From Octopus vulgaris (lineage: Eukaryota), in contig OX597815.1 of NCBI GenBank assembly GCA_951406725.2, positions 67,642,001 to 67,706,000 on the forward strand: 64,000 nucleotides of DNA, read 5' to 3'. Numbering within the stretch: the stretch's first letter is position 1; each line of letters starts with the position of its first letter. Of this stretch, positions 1 to 13,615 are shown piece after piece. Position numbers and translations under genes: made by a program. Below the pieces are notes generated by a model. It did no database searches. It saw only the letters and a program-made list of their open reading frames with translations, and was not told the origin of the DNA.

Positions 1-699
1 CGGTTACTTGTATGCCATGGAGACTCAGTAACCGGCCCTAGTAATCCTAGGGCTCGAAACAATAATATCCCGCGGTTGATGATGATAATGATCGTGGTGG
101 TGGTGGTCGTCGTCGTTGTTTTGGTGATGATGATGATGATGATGGTGATGATAATGATGACGATGACGACAACCACGATGACGATGAGGATGATGAAAGA
201 ATAGAAGACAAAATTGACGTCATATTCGATTCTAGAGAGAGAACAGTCATAATATTCTATTCGGTGCTCTAACGATACTGCCAAGAATTTACCACCGTAC
301 TTCTATTGACCACAAAATACAGTAAAGAATTTGAATTTATTTCTTCGTGTTCAAATACCAATTTAGCTCCTTCCTGTTTTCATCAGTAGGGTGTTGATAA
401 AATCTAGTTATAAGCAGTTATTGCAGTTCAATAATTGCCTCCTAAAATTTTTGTAATTATATAATTTTCATGGCCAGTGTAAGAAATCATTAGCGATAAT
501 GAAATATTAATTAGTGAGTTTAGTAATTCCAATTAATACTCAGACAGGTTTTAATTATAAATGTCAGTTTGTGTGTGTGTGTTTTGTTTTTATTATTTAT
601 TTTTTTTCATTTCTGATGTGTTCACATTGTCACTTCCAATACGTCACTGATGTAACTAACACCACTGCTGTTGACTTAAAATATTTCAACAAACACTGC

Positions 700-1003
700 A
701 ACAGTGTTTGCATTGCCACTACAAACACCCTACCACCACCACCAATACCACTACCACCACTATTAACACTACCACTACCATTTATCACACTGCCACTGTA
801 AACACACCGCCACAACCACCACCCCCATCATAATCACCACCAAGGCACTGCGAATATCAAACATTAACACATTTACTGTCATCTTTACCGTTATTATCAT
901 CCCTAACACATGCATCACAATGACGAGGATGATCCCTATCACGACCATCACCACAACCACCACAGCTATCACTACCTCTATCACCACCATCACCACCACC
1001 ACC

Positions 1004-1068
<65 letters not shown>

Positions 1069-1623
1069 CACCACCACCACCACCACCACTACCACTACTA
1101 CTACTACTACTACTACAACTGTTGCTACTGCTGCTGCTACTGCTGCTGCTGCTGCTTGTAACTCTATTTCCAATATGGCTGCGACTTGTACTACTTTCGT
1201 TACCATCGTCACCGTCGCAGCCAGCATCTCTACAACCAGCTTCAGCTACAATCATCCTCACCACCACTGCCGCTGCTGCCGCCTCCACCACCACCGCCAC
1301 TACAATCATCACCATCATCATCATCGCCATCATCATCCCTACCATCGTCATCGACATAACCATCACCATCATTGCCATCATCATCACCATAATCGTCACC
1401 ATTATTATCGTCGTCGGCAAATTTATCACCGTCGTGGCAATCATCATCATCATCATTACCACCTCCATTACCACTACTTGCCGATGACGACACCTGCCAT
1501 AGAACAGCAGACGACAATTGTCAAACGGATATCCTGTGATTACGTTAAAATCAAGTCAAATTCAACTGGATGCTCGTCCTATGCTAATTTGCAATAGCTC
1601 GCTTAAACTACAACATCGACTAT

Positions 1624-1716
<93 letters not shown>

Positions 1717-1810
1717 GGCGGCGGCGGCTGCTGCTAGTGTAGTAGTAGTGGTTTTGTTGTTGTTGTTGTTGTTGTTGTTGTTGGTGATGGTGGTGGTGGT
1801 GGTACGGTCG
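700..1810. repeat. Compound trinucleotide microsatellite field (CAC/CAT/CTA/CTG/TTG)
   Basis: Visible runs of (ACC)n, (ACT)n, (GCT)n, (CAT)n and (GTT)n, giving poly-H/T/Y/V/S ORFs in all frames. Confidence 0.95.
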
Positions 1811-2384
1811 GGCGTTAGAGAAATGTCGCCAACCCCGTGAGAAGATTTTCTGCATTAAAAGTCGAGGGAATGTCTGTGTGGTTTCTCGATTTGCTAGAAA
1901 TAACAGCCGGAAATCCCTTAGGTAATACATTACTGTCTCGAAGAGATGGATGGGAAACATGTTTGATTATGTAGTCTTGGACACAGAAAGCTCGAAAGAA
2001 AGACTGGTTGATTGGTCAATATTAGAACGCGGTTGATTATAAGTCGGATCAGTGTGAGTTATCCCAGAGGAAAGACAACCACAACCAAAACAACGACGGT
2101 TGCTGTTGGGGGATCTTCGTTGTGTGTCAATATGATTTAATCGTTTGATCAACTGGATTATCTGCTTCTGATTTAACGTGTATGTGACTGAGTACTTCAT
2201 CGACACGTGTGACTTAAACGTAATGCTCGGGGATAAAGATTGTGTGAAAATTGAGATAATGCACGCCGTAATTCACAATGTTTTGGTCAACCCCAAACTG
2301 TAAGACCAACAACAACAAAAAATATTTGATGGAACTCTAAAACAATTCAACCACACGACGCCTACCAAAAATTGATCTTGGTTT

Positions 2385-3196
2385 CCAATATTGGTTTCAA
2401 ATTTTGGCACAAGGCCAGTAAGTTCGAGAAGAGGTGGGTGTAATTCGATTACATCGACCTCAAAACTCAGCTGGTACTTATTTTAACGACCCGGAAAGCA
2501 AAGTCGGCCTCGGCAGAATTTGAATTCAGAACGTAAAGACGGACGAAATGCTGTTAAGCATTTTGTCCGGCACGCTAACATTTCTGTTAGCTCGCTACCT
2601 TAATAATAATTATGGTAATAATAATAATAACGATTTCAAATCTTGGCAGAAAGCCAGCAATTTTGAGCCAGGAGTAAGTCGATTACATCGACGCCAGTGT
2701 TCAACTGGTAACAACCCGGAAAGTATGAAAGGCGCAATCCGCCTCGCGGAATTTGAACTCAGAATGAAAAGACGGACGAAATGACGCTAGGAATTTTACC
2801 TGGAGTGCTAATGATTCTTCTGCCTTTACATCCACCAATATTGAATCTAAATATAGATCCATTAGCTTATTTTTTTTTTGTATCAAGTTTTCTTTTTCTT
2901 TTCTAGAGACTCAGGACTCGTAAAGACGATTTCCTGGCTCCTATATCGTATAAGTGTCTGAGATCACAACGTTTTTCCTTAATGGAACACTAGTCAGGTA
3001 CAGAGTTCAAGCCAGTAATTTTGAAGTCAGGAGACAAGTCGCTTACATCGACCCCATTACTTTACTTTACTAATACCAAAAGGATGAATCACAAAGTTGG
3101 CCTCGACAGTATTTGAACGCAGAACGTCAAGAGTCAGAACAAATAACGCTAAGCATTTTGTCCAACACACAAACAATTCTGCCAGCTCACCGCCTT
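2385..3196 (-). mobile_element. Head-to-tail array of three tRNA-derived SINE copies (family A, head ggcggtgagctggcagaa)
   Basis: Reverse complements of the + strand copies at 62084-63634: gccagctcaccgcc at 3181-3194, and the aaagtcggcctcggcagaatttgaattcagaacg-type block repeated three times. Confidence 0.8.
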
Positions 3197-3893
3197 TATC
3201 AGCTTATCAGAGCGCTCAGATTCATTACACGAATTTCGCTGCTTCTGCAAATACGAGACAAAGTTCCACCTTTCGAGAACTTTTGAGAAAAATATAATAC
3301 ACCAGACCATTTCCTATCTTTGGGTGGGTTTATCTCAACCGGTTTCAGGTAATTCTATGAAGATATCAAAAATGTCGTTATGTAACCTGGCTTCAAAGCC
3401 AACTGAAAGTTATAATAGGCAATAATGTTATCAAAAGACTTGGTAATGGATTTTGCTTCCTCATAACTCTTCGCAACTCTACAGGTCTGTTGAGTTGAAT
3501 CGAATCGACAGACGGTGAAAGGTATATGCGTATGTGAACGGATATACATACATACATACATACATACATACATACATACATACATACATACATACATACA
3601 TACATACACACACATATACGAACACATATGAACATGAGTGTATATATTATATATAAATATAAGTATGCATGCCTTATATATATATATAGCCATGTGCGCG
3701 GTGCATACGTATTTGTGTGTGTGTGTTTGTGTGTGTGTGCGTGTGATTGAGGCGTAGATAGTTTTAATAAATCAAGAAGTTATATTGTAAGGTGTTTGAT
3801 GTACCTGTATTTCTCCATGTTGTTCAAATACATGCCACTGGCCACTCTGAGTTATTTCTCTTAGCTCATTTTTGTTTAAATTACACACACATA

Positions 3894-3932
<39 letters not shown>

Positions 3933-4089
3933 GCGCACACACACATGTATGTGCGTGTGTGAGTATGTGTGCATGTATGTATGCATGTATGTATGTATGT
4001 ATGTATGTATGTATGTATGTATGTATGTATGTATGTATGTATGTATGTATGTATGTATGTATGTATGCATGTATGTATTTATGTATGTT

Positions 4090-5150
4090 TTCTTCTATTT
4101 TTTGTTTAACAATTTAAATTCTCCTGAGGAAGGAGGCGGTTTCTAACAAAGATAAAAAGCTCCATCGTTGGAATGTAGATGACGAAATCAATGTCACATT
4201 TTAAATTTGATTAAATTCTTGCATATTTTTACAGTTCTACTTAGATCGTATCTGTAGTTGGTTGATTTAGTTTTCTGAAAACTTTTGCTTATCCAGATAG
4301 TCACTTATGTATTAACTCTCAAAACTAGGTGAATCAATTATTATTGGTATACATGTGAATTTATAACCCTGGATATAGAAACTGGAAGTTACGAAGCAGG
4401 TGTCCATAGTTATCTTCTTCCCCTTTGATTTTCAAAGAGATATCGACATCAACAGGACAACTGACCTCTATGACGATACATACTTTTTCTTGTCTGTTCC
4501 AAACAACAACAACCGGCACGTTATGTTTTGATGAGAATGTTCCACCAGTATTCCTCAACATTGGTATTTAGGCAGTGTGTTAAAGATCTCAGTGTTCCAA
4601 TAATTACAGGTATAGACCTGAACTTGTAATCTGGATAGAGTAACTGCAGATTTCGCAATAGTTCAGCGTAGGTATTCTCTTTTTAACTGATCTTCAGCTT
4701 TATGTTAATATCCACTGGGCAGCTGATTTCTACAATTGTACACAGTTTCTCTTCTCTATCCCAATTCATTATATTAGGTCTATTGTGTTTACATTATATT
4801 GAGGTCTTCACTGGTACATTCCACCACCACTCCTTTTTATTATGAGTGGCTATGGCTTCCACCATACTATGGGTTCTTATTTATTTGTCCTCGCGGTTAT
4901 ATTTCCGACGGATTTTATTATAGAGTGTTCTAGCTACAACTTCGTGTCTCATCGATAGATAATACAGTGATAACATTTTCGGACAACTGCTTATGATGTA
5001 ATCTTCGAATTTAACTCCACAAAGTCTGCATCTCTGTCCCTTTTGTGCATCAGTTATTTGGTTGATATTTTCTGTTGATGGATTGCAAACGCATACCCTT
5101 CAAAGTGGGAGGCATTAATCCGGCTATTGGGCCATGATAAACTTCTTTGA
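4090..5150 (-). mobile_element. R4/Dong-clade non-LTR retrotransposon 3' end (CCHC knuckle plus restriction-like endonuclease), decayed, with two RLE segments in tandem
   Basis: Minus-strand translation CRLCGVKFEDYIISSC...RHEVVARTLYN...WWWNVPVKT..KHNRPNI..IVEISCPVD..KENTYAEL..IPVIIGTL, then a second KHNVP..VIEVSCPVD..EEDNYGHLL. The 3' end runs into (CATA)n. Confidence 0.8.
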
Positions 5151-5681
5151 TGATCGATGTTAATATCATCTCAGATGTATGTATGCATGTATGTATTTCT
5201 GTGTGTATGTGTGTAAAAATGTATGCATGTGTGCATATGAATGCATGTATGTACGTGCTCAAATACCCATGTACCCCATCTTTTCAATGTTCCACCAAAT
5301 TAATTTTACTGACGTAAGTGCACTTCGTTTACGTTTTTATCATTCTTCGCTACAACAACTTTTAGCTACATCTGTGTATTTTCTGAAAATCCAATCAACA
5401 TTTAAAAAAGAGCTTTAATAACTGTTGCTATCTTATGGTGGCTAATTTTCGGACAATGGAAGGTTGTCCATACTGGAAGCTGTTAAGCTATGATATAGTT
5501 TACGTTTGGATGGTTTTCATCCCCGTTATACTTTAGCAGCTTCATATAGCCGTAAGAAGGGGTTTTCTTGGGTGTTTTCATTATACCATAATAGATTGGT
5601 TCGAATGTAAAGGCCAAAGGAAATAGATATAATGCTTTCATTGGTTTCAGAAGTTCGTTATTATTGTATTACTATTGTAGG

Positions 5682-5985
5682 TGAAGGTGCATAGCTCCAC
5701 AGTTAGAATATTCGTCTCACGTCGTAAGGTCGTGAATTCCATTCTCTGCGGTGCAATGTGTCTTTGAGTAAGACACTTATTTCGCGTTGCTCCAGTCCAC
5801 TCAATTGGCAAAAATGAGCTGTAATTTAAAGGGCCGGCCTTGTCACATTTGTGTCATGCTGAACCTCCATGAGGACTACGTTAAAGAGGTACGTTTGTTT
5901 GTGGAGTGTTCAGCCACTCGCAGATGAATTTTTCGTTGATCGGATCAACGAATACCCATCGTAACCGGCGGAGCACCCAACCATT
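5682..5985 (+). mobile_element. tRNA-derived SINE with CORE-like domain (family B)
   Basis: tRNA-like head, then tgtgtctttgagtaagacactt (CORE-like) and ccagtccactca. Homologous to 9010-9275. Confidence 0.7.
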
Positions 5986-6039
5986 ATTTGTGTTATCATC
6001 AATGTCGTCTATGTTTGTTCAAGCACAGTCCAATACAGC

Positions 6040-6300
6040 TACCATAATGTCCAGTGTTTCTCAGATCTGCGTGATTTCGCACCTCCTCCATTCAAGCGGA
6101 TCTCAACCGATTCGTCTCACCCCTCTCGTAATCTTTGTTGCATCCAATCCCCACTTGTCACAGCCCTGCTATGAACACTATTCACGGTCCTTTCTCCCTC
6201 AAACACCATTCGTCTGGAATTTTCCATTTGTTCATGTTATTGCTGCAGTCGTTCACTGGTCTCGAAGAGCTTGTCCCTTCTTCAGCAAGAACAAAAACAA
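6040..6300 (+). mobile_element. Decayed CR1/L2-like LINE 3' fragment
   Basis: Translation HYSRSFLPQT..WN resembles the C-terminal SFFxRTxxxWNxLP motif of CR1/L2/Jockey ORF2. Confidence 0.4.
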
Positions 6301-6409
6301 GACGAACATTAAATATAATGAGATCTGAATAATGTAACTTGTTGAATAAATTCTTTCTTTCTCTCTTTCTCATGCACATGCGCACACACACACACTAACA
6401 CACATACAA

Positions 6410-6742
6410 GGGGTAAAGACCCCTTCGGTCATAAATGACCATGGGATTATACCTAGAAATTTCCCTTCCGAGGCACAAGTGCGGGCAAGGTCGTTTATCG
6501 AAGACCAGCAGTTGCCAATGCATGTCAGCCTCCCCTCTCCACTCCACCAATGTTATTCAAGGGAAATGGAAAGGTCGAAACAGCTTGGTCCCAGTTACGT
6601 TGCAATTCATTTCTACAGCTGAGAGAACTGGAGCAACATGAAATAAAGTGTCTTGCTCAAGAACACAATGCATAGCCCGATCCGGGAAACGAAATCACTA
6701 CTACATGGTTGTGAGTCCGACGCTTTAAGCACTGAATCATGC
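6410..6742 (-). mobile_element. tRNA-derived CORE-type SINE (family B variant)
   Basis: aaataaagtgtcttgctcaagaacacaa is the reverse complement of the CORE-like block; tRNA head at about 6680-6742. Confidence 0.7.
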
Positions 6743-6796
<54 letters not shown>

Positions 6797-6814
6797 ACAC
6801 ACATACACACACAT

Positions 6815-7190
6815 AGGTGCACGCGTGGCTGAGCGTTAAGGAGATTGCTTCCCAACCACTTGGTTCAGGTTTCAGTCCCACTGCGTGGCACCTTAGGCAA
6901 GAGTCTTCAACTATAGCCTAGGGCCGATCAATGCTTTGTGAGTGAATTTGGTGTGTGTGTGTGTGTGTGTGTGTGTATCAGTGTGTGTCACTGTGTTCGT
7001 GCTTGTCTCCCACCATCACTATACAACCGGTGCTAGCGTGTTTACGTTTCTGTAATTTAACGGTTCGGCAAAAGATACTGATAAAAAAAGATACTGATAA
7101 AACAAGATACTGATAAAGCAAGTACTAGGCTTCAAGGTGGTGCCCCAGCATGGCCGCAGTCATATGAGTGAAACAAGTACGAGATAAAAG
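6815..7190 (+). mobile_element. tRNA-derived CORE SINE (family C, OR2-like)
   Basis: Head gtggctgagcgttaag...ttcagtcccactgcgtggcaccttaggcaag, internal GT microsatellite, tail ccagcatggccgcagtc. Homologous to 22478-22945 and 40539-40850. Confidence 0.8.
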
Positions 7191-7401
7191 ATTTACATAT
7201 ACATACATACATATCATATCATATCATATATCACATCGTATCATATCATGAGTAGACATGTGTGAATGTGTTCGTATGTTACAGAATGAAACAAAGCGCT
7301 GTTCGCTGAGATCGACTACCACATTTGTGAAAGGAAATGTTCAAACAGTTTTAACAAACCTTTTCACCTGCTCATCTGTTGTTGACGGCGCTATGTATGT
7401 G

Positions 7402-7433
<32 letters not shown>

Positions 7434-7867
7434 TGTATGTATGTATGATTGTATATGTATGTGTGTGTGTATGAGTGACTAATTTTGTACGTACATGTGT
7501 ATTTATGTGTTTGTATATGAAAATACTTACTACAAGCGCATTTCAGATTATGCAACTTAGATTCAATCACATATTACGAAGTTGCAAGTATTACTAGCTG
7601 GCACAACAGAACTCGTATGTGTAATGTCTAGTATGATGGGTAATGTGTTTAAAACATTTATTATATCTAGGATGTTTCGTACTGGATTTAATACAATTGA
7701 TAACCAAAAACAATTAAAATTCTGATGTATTTCAGAAATTTCCAAAGATATTTAATATGGAGACAAAAAAAGGAATCTCAACGATTATATCTCTGTAGCA
7801 TAGATTACGGATTAACGATGATGCCAAGGACCATGTGTGTGTGTGAGTGTGTATGTATGTGTGTGTG

Positions 7868-8170
7868 ATGGAGAGTAATCTAGTGGTTAAAATATTGCAC
7901 TCACGATCGTAAGATTGTGGTTTCCGATTCGCGTACAAAGTTGTACGTTATGTTCTCGAGCAACACTTCATTTCACATTGCTCTGCGATTACTTCGATAT
8001 CTCATGCAAGGAATCTGTATCAGAAATATCGATTTGGGGTGAGAAGTAAATTAATCTACATAATCTATAGCACAAGCATTTGAACACTATAAACAAATCA
8101 TCTGTGCACATTGGTCAGCAAGAAATTGCGGAGCCCTCATCTGTCGTCTACGACAAGAAAACCCACAATA
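7868..8170 (+). mobile_element. Degenerate tRNA-derived CORE-type SINE
   Basis: tagtggttaaaatattgcactcacgatcgtaagattgtgg head, followed by tgttctcgagcaacacttcatttcac. Confidence 0.55.
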
Positions 8171-8436
8171 TATATATATATTGTCCTTGCCTTCGAACGC
8201 GGAGTAGATGAAACAGGGACAACTGAAGAAGGGGAATATTCTTTATGTTGTATGTCTCATTTCTCTGTTTTTTTCGTCGTTCGAAAACAAGTTCGTTTCT
8301 ATGTTTTTGTTTTTATGTTTTCATTTCTCATTGTGTTCAACACTTTTTTATGTCCTGTACCCATATATGCATGTATATATACATATATATGTAGGTATGT
8401 ACATATATGTATGTATATATGCATATATTTATATAT

Positions 8437-8489
<53 letters not shown>

Positions 8490-9009
8490 CTCTCATCCAA
8501 AATGGAGAGGAGTACCAACGTTCCCAAGCGATTCCCTTGAATAATTGTGGATATCTCTTCCACATAAAACAACAATGTGGTGTTGAACACTCATTCTCAC
8601 TGTTCGATACTAGCGTGTATATCCATATATATATATATGTCTGTCTGTCTGTCTATTACGTAACTATCTATCAATCTCTCTCTCTCTTTGTGTGTATATA
8701 TGTGTGCGTGTGTGTGTGTGTAAATATGTATGTATATACGTATATGTGCATATATATGTAGGTATGTGTAGAAAGTGAGAGAGAAAAAGAGAGAAAGCCA
8801 CAGAGAGAGCAACAGTCGGTTGTGTATCATACTTAATGCAATACAGCACGAAAGAAGCGAATTTCCTTCCATATTCTTCCGGCGATTTAGCTCTTATGAA
8901 TGTTCTGTGCTTGAAAATGCAAGGTATTGCTGTGATCTAGCTTCCCAACCACATTGTTCCCAGTCCAACCCCTCTGCTTGGCACCTTGGGCGTTTGTTTA
9001 GCGTTTAAG

Positions 9010-9275
9010 ATATCCTGCTTAAGATCGTGAAGTCGTGAGTTCAATTCCCGGCGACGCGTTATGTCCTTGAGCAAGACACTTTATTTCACGTTGCTCTAGT
9101 TCACTCAGCTGACAAAAATGAGTAGCACCTCTGTTTCAAAAGGGCAACCTTGTCACATCAAAGGTACACATATCTGTGGAGTGCTCAGCCACATGCACGT
9201 TCATTTCACGAGCAGGTTCTTCCGTTGATCGAATCTACTGGAACCCTCATCGTCGCAACCGACGGAGTGCCATAC
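9010..9275 (+). mobile_element. tRNA-derived CORE-type SINE (family B)
   Basis: B box gagttcaattccc, CORE-like tgtccttgagcaagacacttt, tail homologous to 5682-5985. Confidence 0.75.
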
Positions 9276-9380
9276 TGATATCTTTATCTTCATCACTGTC
9301 ATATATAAATGTGTGTGTGTGTGTGTGTATTCATTCATGCATATATGTATATACACTCATACATAGGAAAAGAGATAGAC

Positions 9381-9455
<75 letters not shown>

Positions 9456-10496
9456 CAGATGCACACTTAAAATAATTCACATTGTGTGTGTGTTTGTGTG
9501 TGTGAGTGCGTGTGTACGTGTGTGTATGTTTATAGAAATGTATTTACGCTCAAGAATTTACATTATTTGGATGTGTATGTGAGCGTGTTTAGCAGTCTGT
9601 GTTTTTTTTTTATTCAACGAACCAGAAAATTTTCTAGAATAATCTAGATTTATTTTCTTGCATGAAGTTTTATAGTATAATTATTATGCATGGGCATGTG
9701 AAAAATTAATGAAATTCAAGGAAAATTTGAGCTTTTGTATGAAGGAAACGCTATAATTAGTGTTTAAAGATTTCACAAATTTGTATTTAGAAAATTCATT
9801 ATATTAAAACAACAGGTTTAACGGAATAAAATAAAACTCCAGAAAAACAACAACAAAAACGAAGACCGGGAAGTTTTGTAAAAACACCTTCGACGATTGT
9901 TTTATTCAGTGATCAACTCAATAGTATAATGGAGTGAAATATTAAATAAATGGTCAACAAACAAAAATATTGATGAAGGAAAAAGAGGTTGAGCTTCCTT
10001 GACTGATTTTCATGTTGAGATTTCTCTGCATCATCTCACAAAAATCGATGTTATCAAGGAGGAGAAGTAAACACCGGGGATACTTTGCTCCATGTACAAA
10101 CTGCAGGAGCTATTCAGAGATAATGCAAGCTCTTTACTGAATCCAGTAGATATCTCAGGGTCACCAGCATTTCGTAACTTGGGCTGTACGCTCCGCCTAA
10201 GGGGAGGGGGCCTATATTCCAATGTGAATTTCCAGTTCTTTAGGCGGCAGGATGTGTTTTACAAGAGAATTGACTAATTTTTTTAGCAAGTCAAGCAACT
10301 ACATAAGCGTAACTTCGTTAACATGTGTTATGCTAGAGCGGTGGTGGTTATGGCGGTACTGGGAGACTGACATTGATTCTTAAAATGTAAACAATTACTG
10401 GGTGCATTGGAGATTTGTAAAATAAAATCTTAGGATATATTAGAGTCTCCTGAAACGTATATATATATATATACAACTTTCACTATATGTAATAAC

Positions 10497-10536
10497 ATGT
10501 GCTTGAAAACGTTAAATACTGAAAGCGCTTGTACAT
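10497..10536 (+). ncRNA. Variant minimal hammerhead ribozyme motif (U3-A8 core), weak stem II
   Basis: AUGUGC UUGAAAA CGUUAAAUACU GAAA GCGC UU GUACAU: 6-bp helix I and palindromic helix III AGCGCU. Confidence 0.4.
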
Positions 10537-10744
10537 CTATAAAAGCAAAAGCCAACACACATTTTGTGAAATCTCTTCCCAAAGGTTAGTGTATTTCTAC
10601 TTTCTAAAAAGGTTCTTTTATCGATCTCAACTCTTTGAGAAAAAATCTTCTCTCCAAATATTATAACTGTATCAAGGAATTTCTAAAACACACCAAACAT
10701 ATATATATATACATATATACACAAACACATATACATGTATATAT

Positions 10745-10777
<33 letters not shown>

Positions 10778-10839
10778 CACATGTATATGTATACGTGTAT
10801 GCATACACCAACATATGTAGGCGTACATACACATATGCA

Positions 10840-11805
10840 TACCTCTATCAAAGCGGCATGAAGTTGCTAAAACAATACATAATGCCATGTGTATAAAGAA
10901 AATACTGTCTTAGAATAAATATAGAGAATCCCCCTGTTACTGAACACACACACAAGCATCACCACAAGGAATACTTGTGAAAGATTCTCATCAAAACGTG
11001 TGCCAACTGCAAACAGAACAGGCCGAATATCGTTGTAAGGAACTTAAAAGAAAATGTATATTCTGTCATAGAGGTCAGCTGCCCTGTTGATGTGAATATC
11101 TCTTTGAAAATCAAAGAGAAAAAGAATAACTATGGACAACTGCTTCGGAACCATCATTTTCAACATCCAGATTATAAATTTACATTGTACCACTAATAAC
11201 AAGAGCATTCAAAGAGCGCAAACCTTTGTCAAGGCAACACCAACGTCCTCTCAATGATTAGCCAGGGATGATTTTTAAAATGAGAATATCTGAAATAAAC
11301 TCGACTGCTCTCACAAACGAGAATACTATAAATGAACCCGACCACTCTCAGAAATTAAGTTTTAAAAAAACAGGAAAAATAATCCAGAATCCGTCTGGCA
11401 CTAGATTGATGCCAAAATTTAATCAGTTCGTGCCAGTCACGAGGCCAAACATCCCTGAAAGTTTCATCCGAATCCATCCAGCAGTTCTTGAGATATCTTG
11501 CCCACGGACAAACAAACAACACTGAAAACAATATCTCCGCCTTCGCTAAGGTGAAGGTAATTATGCACTTGGTTTTGTGAGTAAATCTCTAAGCTTCGGT
11601 TTTCAGAAAAAGAAATCAACCAATTAGCTCGCACATTACAAATACTATCTGTGAGTGGAATATGCAAGACTTTCCTGAAGTTCAAAACGTGGCATTGTTT
11701 TTCGTCTTTTTTATCTACATTCGAACGATGGAGGATTGTATCTTTGTTAGAATGCAATATTTTCTTCAGAGGAAGAATTCAGATAATTAAAAAGCAATTG
11801 CAAAC
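10840..11805 (+). mobile_element. R4/Dong-clade RLE 3' fragment, split by an insertion at 11198-11560
   Basis: RHEVAKTIHN...KQNRPNIVV...VIEVSCPVDVNISLKIKEKKNNYGQLLRN. Homologous to 4090-4560; ends in acatacat. Confidence 0.75.
11198..11560 (-). mobile_element. Non-autonomous Helentron-type element (HINE/DINE-1-like)
   Basis: Subterminal inverted motifs acctttgtcaagg (11222) and the atctccgcctt-cgct-aaggtgaaggt hairpin (11533-11558), a short (CAAA) tract, and a terminal stem-loop plus TCTTGTT on the minus strand. The flanks rejoin the R4 sequence. Confidence 0.6.
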
Positions 11806-11869
11806 ATACATATGTGGATACATATATACACTGACACATACATGCATATATACATACATACTTATATAT

Positions 11870-11929
<60 letters not shown>

Positions 11930-13244
11930 GTATGTATGTATGTATGTATGCATGTATGTATGTATGTATGTATGAATATATGCATATATATGCTGTTGTT
12001 GTTGTAGCTGGTAGTGGATACGCAGTTGTTAAATTTACTGAATAACCTGCTCTTGAATTCCCGTGTACGTGGCTGAGTCTATCATAGACGCGTGTATCCT
12101 TTAATTTTGAAGTAGAATCAACGAGAAACAGTGTGGACATATGACAAAGTTTCACCGTTACAATGATTTGTACGATCCATCTAGCGGACCTCTACTCAGA
12201 AAGTATTGGGTTGATTTAAGGTAGCAAAACATTACCCTTCTCCGAAAGGCTACGCAGTGGAATCTAAATTGAGACCTCGCGCTTGCGAAGCAAACTTCTT
12301 AACCATTCAACTGTCTCGCAGTCTCTTAACCATTCAACAGTCTGCGCTTACAGTCTCGCAATTAGTACATGTGTACTAAACACAATCCTACAAATGTATT
12401 GGTTTTTTGTCTCTAACGTTGAAACATTATATCTCGCAGCATATTAAGTTAATCTATAGAATTTGAGCTAACTTTAACTTCAGTTCTTTAGCACAATAGT
12501 TTTGTGTAAAATATATACATATTTAGTTTTGCTGTGAAAACTATTTAGAACATGGAACTGAAGTAGAGAGACAAAAAAAAGCACACGATCAGAAGCGAAT
12601 GCTATAAAGTTTTGTTAAGCAGTCATCGAAACTGCGGTAGTTATCTGATCACTAACTCATTAACTTGACTTTTAATCCAAAACAATATTCACAGCAAGAC
12701 ATGTGATATGTTTCCGTGCCCTTAACAGACAACAGCTGACGAAATATATATTGTGTTAGGAAAAGAATTATATATGTGTGTACACACAAACACACATTTA
12801 TATATATATATATATATGGAGAAAGAGAGAGAGAGAGGAGAGAGAGAAAGACAAGTAAAGTTTATTTTGGGTGATCTACGGTAACAAGCCACCAGACTAG
12901 CCTAAAGAAACTACTGTACTCTACGTTTGTACTGAGTGCTTCTTTTCTAGATCTACATCTCCAGCAGGAACTTGAATGCCACGTAAGCTGTAAACCATGT
13001 AGCTGATATCACCAAAGTGATATCAGAACATTCGACCGTCCACATTTGTTGACTTCAACTGAAAATGACGATAAATTGGAGACTTGTAAACAGGGATCTT
13101 AGTCCACACAGTTATCAAGGTATGATATTATATGTTGCATCTGATGTAAACCATACAGTTGTGCTAACCACTATGCGTCTGTGTACTTAGAAGATATATG
13201 TATGCAAACCTGCATATATTTATATATAACTGATTAAGATGTTT

Positions 13245-13615
13245 TTACTTGCTTCAGTCATTGGATGCGGCCATGCTGAGGCACGACCTTGAAGAGTTTA
13301 GTTGAACAAATCGATCTGAGTACATATTTTCTTTTATTCAAGTCCGGTACTTATTCTATCGATCACTTTGCCGAACTGGTAGAAAACAGGGACGTAAACA
13401 GAGTTACAAATAAACCAACATCGGTTTTCAAGTAGTGAGGGTGACAAGCACACACACACACACATACGTACGACGAACTTCTGCACAATTTCCGTCAACC
13501 AGATTCACTTATAAGCCCAGAACTATCGAAGACACTTGTCCAAGGTATCGCTCTGCGTGACTGAAACCGAAGCCACGTATTTGTAAAGTGAGCTTTTTAA
13601 ACCACACAGCCATGT
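13245..13615 (-). mobile_element. CORE SINE family C, diverged
   Basis: tttttacttgcttcagtcattggatgcggccatgctg tail and accacacagccatg head; reverse complement of family C. Confidence 0.7.

Noticed and set aside
775-1960. Long ORFs with poly-T/H/V/S/L tracts
   Set aside because: Translations of trinucleotide microsatellites open in several frames on both strands, with no domain.
8180-8240. Possible permuted hammerhead (ccttcgaacgcg...ctgaagaagggg)
   Set aside because: The GAAA box is incomplete and no helix I can be drawn at a cleavage site.
9650-10460. Possible DNA transposon relic
   Set aside because: No TIR pair or transposase motif could be identified.
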